From Phoronis australis (taxonomy: Eukaryota > Animalia > Phoronida), in the NCBI GenBank assembly GCA_002633005.1, contig NMRA01000341.1, positions 327,474 to 391,473 on the forward strand: a stretch of 64,000 nt of DNA, given 5' to 3'. Made by a program: the position numbers and the translations under genes. Positions 37,379-48,925 of this stretch are shown one piece after another. The notes beneath the pieces are model-generated. The model ran no database searches, had not been told where the DNA came from, and saw only the letters and a program-made list of their open reading frames with translations. Numbering within the stretch: the first letter of the stretch is position 1; every line of letters starts with the position of its first letter.

Positions 37379-37985
37379 GGAGGCACAGAACAGTTCTCAC
37401 TGGGTTTTGCCCAACAAAACCCACATCACTTGATTTGTCACCTTTTCTTCACTCTGTCAAAAACAGGATGCAAGGAATGGCATTTTTTCAGTTATTTCAC
37501 ATAAAAGCCCTGCAGATGAGCGCAGAAACTTTATTCTCTCTTGTATTTTTGACCCTTTCAATCCCACTGAAAAGCAAGCTAGACTAAGAAATATAGGGGC
37601 AAAAAAGTGCAAAATCGGTACTCTTCACCCCAAAAACACCACTTCCCTGCCGATGCACGACTAAAACCAACAATACATTCTGAAAGCAAATTTCCTAAAG
37701 ATTCCGAAAATGTGGCCCAAAAGTACTGTCAACCAACTAGTTTTTTGGCAATTCTGGCTTGTTTGAGGGCTACCTGAAATTGCAGCCAATTTCTCAGTCG
37801 CTACCCAGTAATACACAATTACAACCGGGAGTCGCCGTCTTGAAGAAGACTGCAGCTACAGCCGAGAAAGTGTCTTTTTTATTCCCAGCATGTTCACAAA
37901 TACAAACAAACTACATTCACTGAGCCTACAAGGAATGCCCACCTACAAAATGCCCCCAAACTTGGCCTAACTATTCAGTGCCACC
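37379..37985. mobile_element. ~600-bp MITE (right arm), same family as 36727
   Basis: Termini GGAGGCACAGAACAGTT / AACTATTCAGTGCCACC. Confidence 0.8.
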
Positions 37986-39013
37986 TAAACAAAGCGGAAG
38001 CTGACATTGCGTGAGCTAAAAGGCCGGTCTTTCGAGTCCAATCTGGATATTAAATCTTAAGAATGTGTCGATATTTAACAACAGAGACGTAGAAAAATAC
38101 ATTAGAGAACAAGTTAATGCACCAAAGAGTTGTCTGACGAAAGGGTATAAATTTTTTCGGAAAACTAGGTTCGAATCATAAAAAGTAAATATGACCAAAT
38201 TGCGGCGATCGTAGTGTTACGGATTAGGTATTATTGTGAATGCAGGGTTACGTTTCTTCTTGTAAATTGATGATAATGCTTTCTACACGAACCAGGTCAT
38301 CTGCTCGTATTGTTGACGAGTTGAAGATATATTCGACAATGGTGGCTCATCACATTTTGTAGTAATGTGCAATTAGTCATATCTGCTTTAAAATTGTTTA
38401 TCAAGCATAGCCTATGTCCAGGTGACTGGGGGTAGGGACTACCGGGACTAATAGTTGATTTGTCACTGAACTGAAAGAATCATTGATGTTATTAAATTTA
38501 TTTTTCTTAAAATAAATAACCAGGCTGGTAATTGAAAATAAAAATTATTTGACCATCTAATTCTTCTTTCTTGGTTTTCTTTCGTCTATTTCATGTGTTA
38601 GGTTTTAAATAGTCAAACTGGACCAAGTTGAATTTCAAAATTAAATCACCTAATTCGTTCGTCCAAAGCATAATCTCGTTTTAGAGCTCAATTTCGGTTA
38701 AGTGGACAGAGCAAGCATAGTTATCATGTTTCTTCAGAGGCCTCGTTATCCGAGGCGAAAGGTGCCTATGCCTTCTGAGAGAAGAATTTTTTCGCCGAGT
38801 GAGTGGAAAAATCTACCTCCCGAGGCACCATCAATAGCACCCCGCCCAGTTGCAAGTTCTCATAGGCTCTGTCTTAAGTACAATTTTGTGCTTTTTCAAA
38901 TTGCCACCTGTGTGATTAGGTGATTTGAACTTAGAAGAGAAATTTTCAAACACTAGGGGAATTTTTAGGTCTCGTTGGGTGATTTTTGAATATTTTTGAG
39001 AGGGGAATAAGCA

Positions 39014-39069
39014 CGATATTCAGCCCCAAAATCGAGGCCTCAATCCCTCGATTTTGGGGCTGAATATCG
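39014..39069. repeat. Perfect 24-bp-stem hairpin
   Basis: CGATATTCAGCCCCAAAATCGAGG - 8-nt loop - CCTCGATTTTGGGGCTGAATATCG. Confidence 0.85.
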
Positions 39070-42000
39070 AACTGTCCTTTTTGGAAAGCAAAATGAATCA
39101 TGTTTTGACCCGTAGTCATAAAAACACAACTTGGCAGGCCGCAACCTTCACCGGTCGTTGCTATGATGCTCGGCAACCGAGATATGCGACAAAATATGAT
39201 CTAATTTTTCGAAAACATTGATAAATTTTAAACGGACTAATTTTCCTTCGTTGCGGCATATGGCAACGACCCAACGCTTCCGAATCTCAACGTCTTTAGG
39301 GATTGTAAAACAGTCAGTTGAATGTTCTAGCCGTTCAAGCAAAGTGGAATACAACTATGCCGATAGACCAACAGAACTACCGTAGCGAGCTACTGTACGT
39401 TTTGGAACGCGCCTCCTGTCGGCGTGAATTGGGTCTATAACCATCTCGCCCCTACTGTACGACGTAATACTAGACATAAGGCTTGCACAATGTACAGACG
39501 GTTGTCAATGCATCTTCAACTAACAAAACTGTTTGAATCTTTTCGGAAGGAAAATTTCCTGAGCCGAGATTGTTGAGCACACATGTATTGAGAGTGATAC
39601 TGTAGTCACCTTTTAAAAGTTGTTTGAAACAATGCCCATTAAATCTGAGAGTACGAGTCTGAAGCTCTGAACCCCCAAGTCGAGGGATAAGAATGCAACA
39701 CTTTCTCAGTTGTGTCTCACTCTGTATATAGTATCCGGCAGGGGCCTCTTCATGTTTGTAACTTTTCACGACAATAGTTTTCCCGCAAGTTGTTTTAGAT
39801 TGGTCTCCTCTGACGATGTGTCCGATCGAAGACCCAAAAATATATATAAAAACTATGTGTTCATGTTTAAATTTCATTTTCATTTTTGTAATGAATATTG
39901 CACTGTGGGCCTTTTTGTCGTACAGCAGCGGTGTGCGTAGGCGTAACTCCAAACTTTTTAGGAGAGGACTCCCGGCGAGGAAGCTGGAACCAGCAGAAGA
40001 CACTGTTCAGCAACGTTTGCATTAAGGGACTCTAAACATTAACAGTTTGTCCTCTTTCACAATTCACTGCCTAGTTACACGAGAATGTACAACTGAACGC
40101 GTGAACGTTTTACATTAGGAAGCTACACTTATGGATGAGGTCAAAATAGAATTACCGAATGAAGGTAAAGTACTTACGATGCCTTCGTGAAGCTTCAGAG
40201 CCAACTGACTAATTCACGAAATGTTCTTTTAAGGACATTATCATTTTTACTTCCGAAAAAACGCAATAATTTTGGAATTATTGTTGAATGGGATAGTTAT
40301 TAGCTTTGACCAGATCTACAAAATGATAAAATTTGCAGCGGTTTTGTGGTCTTACTATAAATCGTTAATTCTCGCCGATGTCTGCCAGGCATTTCTTGAA
40401 ATCAAGGCTGGTGACTTACGCAATCAAAATAGGCTGCCAAATACTGCGAAGCAAGTTAGCCAGCAGAGCGTTTGCGTGCATCGCGAGTTTCTGGAAGGAG
40501 ATGCTGATCTCAAAAATATATTTTCTTGCCAATATTTCCACTAAGTTAATGCACTGCTAATGGTCATCTATCTAAGTATGCACACTAGCCTGGTACCAAA
40601 TGTGTTTGTAAACGCTCGGCTCCACCTTTATATAACGCTGTAAATGGATAGAACTCACAATATCAAGATCGTGAATTCTGATAAAATCGTGTCTAGATTC
40701 ATTATTCCAAACAATTCAGAACCAATGTATTAGTATTAGCAGCTTTAAAGGTAAACATTTGTCTTCAACAGCCGACGGACAAACATGAACTCATGAAGAG
40801 CACTGTCAAAAATCAACAACAAACGTGTTAATCTTTTTGAAAATGAACACGAACTCATATTTTAGGTTATCAAGAAGGGGACAACAACAACTAAGTCGTG
40901 TATGTGTAATGTGAACGACGAGTACATGTCACCGTGTATGGTTAAAATAGGTTGGGTATTAGTGCCGGGCCAAAACCTTATTAACAAATCTTTCTAGTAA
41001 CTGAATGTGACATTTGAAAACTAAAACGTGAAATCTGACACCGGCCTGTGTTTACTAACTATCCGAAATGCTATCAAGAGTGGTCCTAAATCCTTGCCTC
41101 CAGCTACAACAGCGCAATATGTGTCTTGAAACGATCGATGTTTAAAAAATTAACCTCTGTCGACGACCTGTATAATTCCCCCTAGTGACGTAGGCCTATA
41201 GTTCGTTGACAGTGCGTGTTTTTGAAACCTCATTTGATAAAATCTTCGTACACGCACCTGGGAAGTTGTGCTGAGGAATAAGTAAGGATCGTAGGCGTAA
41301 ATTCATACTCTTAAGATATCATAACAAAATACCTTTTTGAGCCGTTCGCTTTTATTGTTTGACCAGTGACACGTGAATTGTACTATAGGTCGGCTAGGTG
41401 TCACGGTCAACGGCCAACTTGAACGTAGCCGATGAATACAACACAGGCCATAGCGAAACAGTGACTACACCGTTGCATGAAGGTATAACGGAGGACGAAG
41501 AAACAGTCACCAGTGACCGGTAACAGTTTTCCTAGTATTAGTGTCACTAGACGTCTGTTAGAGAAAGAGAAATTCAGCATGCCGAAAAAGGTAGGTTACC
41601 TGCGAGTCAGGTGTGTTGGCCTAGTATGCGTTGCATGCTGTTTGGGTTGAATACGTATTGAGGGCAATGTCAGCATTCATCAAGGTAAATATCACAATTA
41701 TTGAATTTGCTCCGGTTAATTTGGAACGAACAGCAAAAGCCATGACAATCCCTTTAGTATCTGCCTCTACTAACTCCAAAGATTTGTGCCGGCCGGATCC
41801 CGTGGTGGGACGTGAACGAGAACCATGGCGAGTCAGTCGGGCGGCCGGCAAGGGCATTACTGATGTAGTCTATACTGACGTACCCACTTGCTCAGGCATT
41901 GGGAACTGCATAAACGTAGCCGTTCATATTGCACGAAAATCGTAGTCAAATTATCAAAATCGATCACTTGTGGCATAGCGCGAGCCCGTGGACTCATGGA

Positions 42001-45000
42001 CTCGAAAGCCTTGATCAAATATTGCCTCATTGATGAAAAGAAATTTGTTTATCAAATATTGCCTCATTGATGAAAAGAAATTTGTTTATCTCTCTTCCAC
42101 AAAGCCGTCTTGAGAATGCTATAGGTCCCCAGTCAAAACTGCACCAGGCTCTTCCCAAACACACCTGCTCTTAGCAATTAATTACTCTGTTGGCTAAAAG
42201 ACGAAAATCGAATTAGGCCTTTTACTCTCATAAAATCATTCTCATGGTATTCCTTACCAAGACAGAAATCGATTTCCATTTCCAAAAAGCGTACATCAAA
42301 ATCACTTAACCACTCAAGAAAACGCTTTACGGTTCGAATGGATATAGCTAAACCTAAAATGGCGGATTCGAAAACGGCGGACGCCGTGTGTTACCTGTGA
42401 CTTGAGTTATTGGCTCATTTGGCAATAATTCAAGATCGGGTATAAGGACGTTAATGTGTTTTAATCCAAAGCGCTTCGGTTGTGTATTTAACATCGACTG
42501 CTAAACAGCAGCGAGATACAGCTTTACTGCAAATTCACGGTGTCACCAAATTAACCGTGTCACCAAGTAACGGTGTCACCAAACTAACGGTGTCACCAAA
42601 AATTAATGCTGTATTTCATCCTGTAATTAGTTCGATCGAACTCAAAGATCGAATTTCCATAAAATCGGTCTCAAGATATCAATCTTTTCTGTCCGTGATA
42701 GTATTCCGTTTCCGTTACCAACCAGATATAAAATAATATGGGGTACAATTCTATAGTTTGCTACATTACGCTGAACATGCGTCGCATTTTTTCATTTTGG
42801 CTTGGTATGAATATCACTCCAGATTTGGACCCCTACAACATACACCCCCTACTGTGACTGCCAAGTCCGGGGGGTTACATGCCCCATTATGCTGTGGAGG
42901 TAGTTTCAGCCTTGAAAACGAGCGTTCATCTTCGCGGTTTGTCACCATCATGCACAAAAGCATTCGGTGTACATTTTTAACATTTGGAAATGCAAATTTT
43001 AAAGTTGTCAGACATTATTTTTTGTACAGTCCATAAATAGGGTATCAAAGTTACCAACAAGGACTACAGCCTTACACCACGAGATGCCAGCATTCTTAAT
43101 GACACACAGTACACGTACTATTATGGTTTCGACAGGAGGGCATATTTATGTATCCAGATACTTACACAATGTGTTCACACTTCTTGTTTAGCTCTGCAGA
43201 ATGAAATTCCTGATGAGTGAGGAAATTTGTGCGGTTTTGCCAGTTTTGAGATTTAAGGTAAAATATATAACATGGAGGAATGTTTCCATCTTGAACTTTT
43301 CGCTTTCTACTAAAAAACTCAGGACTTGTGGTTTGACTTAGGCATAATCTCATGAAATCGTTTCCCTTCAAAACAGATATCAGCTTGGTTTTCATTCACT
43401 GTTTTGACTTCTCACAAAAATATAGTTAAAACCAACTAAACACACAACAAGTTTGGTCGCCTTCTCAAGCCTACATTAGGAGCGCCGGTATCAGCAACAG
43501 GAGGAACAAATTATTCATTTGTTGGAAAGAAAAGTTACACGCATTAGCGCGAAAAAATTGCACACTGCATTTGAGCAAACATTTTAACTTCTCGAAGACA
43601 CTTTGATCGAGGCAAATTTAAAGTAAGAAATGACGCAAAGAAAGTATTCTAAACACTGCGATAAATTCGCGTGGGATATGACTGCAGCAGCGGGTGGGAC
43701 CCTCTTTTGTGCCAGTGCGACCCCTTACAGATTGCTCAATGATCAATCCGGCGCTAGGCCTGTAACATTGTACCTTTAAAACTTTTACTTTAAAAATAGA
43801 TCGGCGTAAACTGCTTCCCATAGGCGCGGAGCCCCCAGGCTATTGCCTATAGCGTGCCTTGTGGTAAATACGATCCTGCATGATGTTTATTGCATACCAG
43901 TTTGATTCACCACAATTGGCAAATGAAACATGCTTATTTTTGAGAATAGTCAGCCTGCTTGGTAAATTGTGTGGATGTTCATGATTGTATTAGATAAAGG
44001 GTATCGCTTTATTGGCAATTTAGAAACTGAACAAATTTAGCCCTTTTGTTTCGCGGCATGTACGTCATTTCATTTCATATCCGCTAATCAGGTCTCGGAT
44101 CTGTTCAGCACCTTAATTGACAGCGCTAATGTCATATCAGAAGGCAAAACTCTTCTCAGTTGTAATGAGATTGCACACCCACGGACGAGGCAAAATTTCC
44201 GTTCATGACGTAGAATAATTGGCAAATAATATGGGATCTTACACTATATGAACAGTTTTTACAATGATTTAAAAACATACTTTTACTGAAACTATTTAAT
44301 GTAGTATCATTTGGTCAAATATGAGAAAAAATGTCGTGCAGTTAAAAATACATGGAACGCGTAAGCTCGTCAAAAATATTTTTTAAACAATTCCTGACGA
44401 AAGCACCATATCGCAACTTCTACTACAGAGTTATTCATTTTGAGGAAATTTCCACCAAAATCATATTCAAAATTTACGATTTTTGAAATACACACAAAGG
44501 AAAAACTCTCTAATCACCACAGAGTTTCTAATCTAGCTCCCACTAATATGAGAAATGCGCGCATGCGCTCACAGTTATTTGACAAATAGCAGACAGATGA
44601 TCATGTGTGATCGTACTCCGAATAAAGGCCTGTGAAGCAAGAAATTTTCCAAAAGGAATTGCACTTTAGAATATATTTGAATACTACGATATATGTACAT
44701 TTATTACCAATTTTAAACAGTTAGGACTTACGTCGGACTGGCTGTTGCTTGATGTCGCCACTGATTTGTTTACATCAAAGGCCAAAGTTCACATTTTCCA
44801 TTATAGGGAAATTTGCTAGCTACGTCTACCAAATAAGGAGACGTGCTTTGCTTTTTGGGAGAAAAATCGACGAAGTGACCAGTGGTTGACAGGTCTTTTT
44901 TGACATTTGATACTAAACGAAAAATGCTTTGACATCAACAGAAAGAAATTCAAAAATGATTATGAACAATCCGTAAAAATACCAGACGTACAGGTTGAAT

Positions 45001-46045
45001 TCTGTTTCAGTGGCAGAAAACTACTTTGAATAATCCAATTTATTTTTTGCGCGTTCTAGGCCTCTTTTATTTTACCGAACGTTCTCCGGTCAATTCTTCA
45101 AAGCCCGAAGCTGTTGTGGTAAAAATGTTCAAGGGCGCATACTTTTTATTTTTTTATAACGATTATTTGATACAAATAGTATGTCAGCTTTGTGCTCCCT
45201 AATGGAAACTGTATTTGTAATCCTAAAGTGAGTCACCGTATTGATATGCCACCCGCCACAAATTCAGTCGTATAATAGCAAGAACCCCTGTGCCAAATAA
45301 CTCCTTTATAAAAGATCCCCCGCTTGGGCGAAAACGCTGCTGAAATTTAAAGCTAATTCTTCCAAAGAATATGCCAATTGTTGAATAAATATGCGGATGT
45401 CATACAATAAACGGCGCCTGATAAAACTTTATGAGGAGCAGTGTGAGTCGGAATTTGAGCAGATTTCAGCACAAATAAAAAAAATTTCGTTCACCTAAAG
45501 CACGTTCAGTCTTGTTTCTTTTTGTAGTAGTACTTTTTTCATGATTCTCACTGGTTACGTTGGGTTAGATGGGGGAGGGGAGGTTCTGGCGGTTTAACCC
45601 TTCAAAATGACAGTATACAAGATCCGAACGGGCAAATTCCAAACTGTTCTGTGAAATCAAGATCTTATCTCATTGTAGAGGTTTGTGTGCTCGAGTATAT
45701 CATGATTTACGCAGAAGAGACATGGTACAAGTTCAGACTAGATAACCCATAGATTCGAGGTAGGGTCTCGAGCTCGAAATAGAGAGTCGAGTTCTGATAC
45801 AAAATTCATATAGCTTATACCGAGGTCAGTGCTAAGTAAAATTTTATGCAATGTAGAAACCTATTATAATCTGAAAAGGACGCCATACCACTGTTTTGGG
45901 TTCTTTCTTATTTTTTGAAATTGCGTGCCAATTAAGATGCCTTCAACGTGTGTGTTTCTCTCAGCCAGCACACGTGACGCTGTGGTCAGCAAATGCTCAA
46001 ACGTAATGTAGGCCATTGACCCATACTGAAGGTACATGCTCATCT

Positions 46046-46597
46046 CTCGCTGGTTCCCTGCGTGCCGCTAAGTGGTGGATAGCCAGCACGCAAGTATCAC
46101 TTAGTTTTCCTCGGGAATTGATTTTACACCGGGGTTTCTATTTCGCTAGTCGAATTCTCAATAGGCAGCGCTTTACGCAAATAAACTAGCATGACTGATG
46201 AACTGAAGTGCAAATTGGTGGTTAAAATTTATGTTCAGGAAATATGAATCCTAAAAATTGTGGTTGAGCCTCTTCGGAGTGAATCTTTCTACTGTCGATG
46301 ACTTTTGTTTACGATACTGTCCTGTATTCATACAGTATGAATATCACACCGATAAACCGGCCAGATATGTGTTTATTGTACATGTATGTGCTTCAAGCAC
46401 GCGGCTATTAAACATCACTGCAGAAGCGAGTTGCTCCGACGACACTTGCATGACAAGGCTAAAATCGTTCACAGTCCGCCATTTTTTCAGAGTGTTGTAA
46501 AGCTAACCAATGACTGTTGAGGTTACATCAACAACACTAAAGCGCGTGCCACTGCGTGATACTTGCGTACTGGCTGGGCAAGTAGGGAACCAGCGAG
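46046..46597. mobile_element. MULE-like MITE, copy 2
   Basis: CTCGCTGGTTCCCTGCGTG ... GGGAACCAGCGAG; 10-bp TSD ATGCTCATCT. Confidence 0.8.
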
Positions 46598-46634
46598 ATG
46601 CTCATCTAGGCCCGTTTTTTTGCCAAGAGCAGTG

Positions 46635-46745
46635 ATGTGTGTTATGGGCCTACATGTTCCGAACAGTAAAGCGCGGCGAAGAAATGGAACAATATTTCAA
46701 AGGTTTCCAAATGACTCTGGAGTACTTCGACACTGGCTAGAACAT
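46635..46745 (+). pseudogene. Decayed THAP-domain fragment
   Basis: MCVMG...NGTIFQRFPNDSGVLRHWLEH resembles THAP F.RFP.D...R.W. Confidence 0.4.
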
Positions 46746-46809
46746 CCCCCCAAATATGTTGCAAAAACTGTGTATCTCCTCGATTGATGGCGCTGTGAAC
46801 ATGACCTAT

Positions 46810-47410
46810 CTCGCTGGTTTCCTGCGTGTCCGCTAGGAGGTAAAGAACAGGCGGGTATCATCTAATTTTCATCCGGAATTTTTTTTTACACCAGCGTTTC
46901 TGATTGCCTGGTCAAATTCTCAACAGCTGGCGCTTTTCGCAAACAAACTGGTATCACTGATGGAGGAAGTGTATAATGTGGATGTAGTTTGGGGTCTGTT
47001 GTACGGACAAATCGGTGCTTATTTCATGTACAAGAAATGTGAATCGAAGTTGTGGTTGTGCCTTTTCGGAGTGCATTTTTCTACTGTCGCTGTCTTTTGT
47101 TTATGTTGTTGTCCCATAGTGTATTCACACAGTATGAATAACCGTTGACACCGGTTAATTCGGCCAGATGTGTGTGCATTGTATGGGCTTCAAGCACAGG
47201 CCTATTAAACATTACTGCAGAAACGAAATATTTGCTGTCACGTCAATTGCATAACAAGGCTAAAAGTCATTCAAAGTCCATCCTTTTCTTTCTTTGTTGT
47301 AAAGCTAAACAATGACTGCCGAGGTTACATCAACCAGTGATAAAACGCGTTCTACTGAATGATACCTGCGTGTTCTCTACCCCCTAGCGGACACGCAAGA
47401 AACCAGCGAA
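46810..47410. mobile_element. MULE-like MITE, copy 3
   Basis: Same TIRs; 10-bp TSD CATGACCTAT/CATGACCGAT (9/10 match). Confidence 0.8.
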
Positions 47411-48504
47411 CATGACCGATTGGAACAGGTAGTGCGTGTAGTCGTGGATTTTGACAACAATGTCGTTTTCACAGAGTCGATTGTGAATACTGGCGTCTTT
47501 GAAGTAGAACTTACTATAATTGTGAAATCACCGTTCAGTGGCACCTCTGCTGACTTATTACGCAAGTTTTTGTGCCCTGCCGGGGAAGGGGGGGGGGGGA
47601 AGTGGTGGGGGGAAGGGCAGGGCAAGTACGATTACCTGTTGCGTTTACTTCTACGAAAATGTATTGGGTACTCATGCAAGTTTTGTGGCTCAACGTCGTA
47701 TATGAATACTTGTGACGTTTAAATGCGAGATGTCCTGAGTGTTTTTTCTCAAAACGACGGTTTTCCTCATTCCATTTAATCAATTACGTACGGAAGGATT
47801 CATTCGGTGAAGAGATCCACTAAAAAGTTCATTTTTGCAACAGAGCTTCAGATGCATGATCATGAGTTTTAAATTTAAATTTATAGGGTTAGAACTACTG
47901 CGATTCAAATGATTGTCATTAGATTTTCAATTCAACAAATAGGTTTTAACCCCCGTCCTGCAAAAGATTTATGCCCCGGGAAACAACTTCATCAGTATAC
48001 AGGGTGAAATTTAATCATAGTTCCTAAGCAATTTTGTTCCTTGGGTTCCTTTAATCTAATTTTAATGCTAAGCTTGAGTATCAAAAAGGTAAATACCCTC
48101 ATTTTACCAGCAACTTACGCAAACTTGTCAAAAAATGAGTACTCCCAGTGTCTCATGGCTACTGCGTCTTATACTTCTTATAGGCTGAATGCAAGTATCG
48201 CTGATCTCGCTGTATGTGTTTACTCCTGTTAACCTTTGAATGTTTATAAATAGCAAATCCCCTAGGTAGGCACTTAGTAGATAAATCTATCCATGTTTAC
48301 GTATAGGAAGACATATCGCGTGATCAGTTATTTCGATGTAATAACTTTATAAATATCAAGCTCCGGGCAGTTAGTTTTCGGTCGTTTTTGAAATTCCAAA
48401 CTCCAACATTTACCACTTGCATATACATGTACATGTACGCTCTTTGACACTACCCCTACCATAAAATGCGAAAAATTATACCTTGTCAATAACAACGTTT
48501 GGAA

Positions 48505-48925
48505 TTTACTGTAAAATAATTTTCCCGACGTTGCGGATCCGCCCGGCTCCTTCTTCTGGGGATTGATGACTGACCGATTCCCTCAAAAATTGCGTCGCCC
48601 TCTGCTGGTGGTCACAAACAACAACGGCAAGGCCCTGGCTGGACCATGAATCGGGAAACTTAAATTTCACACCTCCGTGTCTATTCAAAGAGGGATTCCT
48701 AGTTTTCACCCAAACAACCAATTTCACACCAGGATCAAACCATGAACTCTCTCTGCCGTGCACCCTCAGAACACCCTGCAAATGTTCTTTTTCCGTACCG
48801 ACCGCCAGATTCTATGTCCGCATCTCTATAGAACGTGGTGGAGTTTACGCGGACATGGGGATTTGAACCGTTGTTCTGGTGTTTGCTGGTTCGGGACTGG
48901 AGTTCAAGGGATTACAGGTGGAAAC
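48505..48925 (-). mobile_element. Penelope-like retroelement remnant (deleted), GIY-YIG tail plus a degenerate hammerhead
   Basis: Minus strand reads RTTVQIP.. then RESSWFDPGVKLVVWVKTRNPSLNRHGGVKFKFPDSW, matching Penelope RE..WF.RGVKEAI.V....PSLNR.GG; hammerhead-like motif at 48523-48562. Confidence 0.72.

Larger units (their letters stand above)
37325..39436 (-). mobile_element. Second ISL2EU-like element with a decayed THAP domain
   Basis: TIRs AGACCTAATTCACGC / GCGTGAATTGGGTCT with AT flanks; minus strand ~39240-39320 reads CFTIPKDVEIRKRWVVAICRNEG (THAP FP..D...R..W..AI.R). Confidence 0.6.

Noticed and set aside
36727-37985. Palindrome as an assembly mirror artefact
   Set aside because: The arms differ by many substitutions and indels, and each has its own TIRs.
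39470-40003. 177-aa minus-strand ORF
   Set aside because: No family motif, no ATG start and no splice context; likely a chance ORF.
43205-43230. CTGATGA...GAAA hammerhead-like string
   Set aside because: No stem II between the core motifs and no Penelope context.
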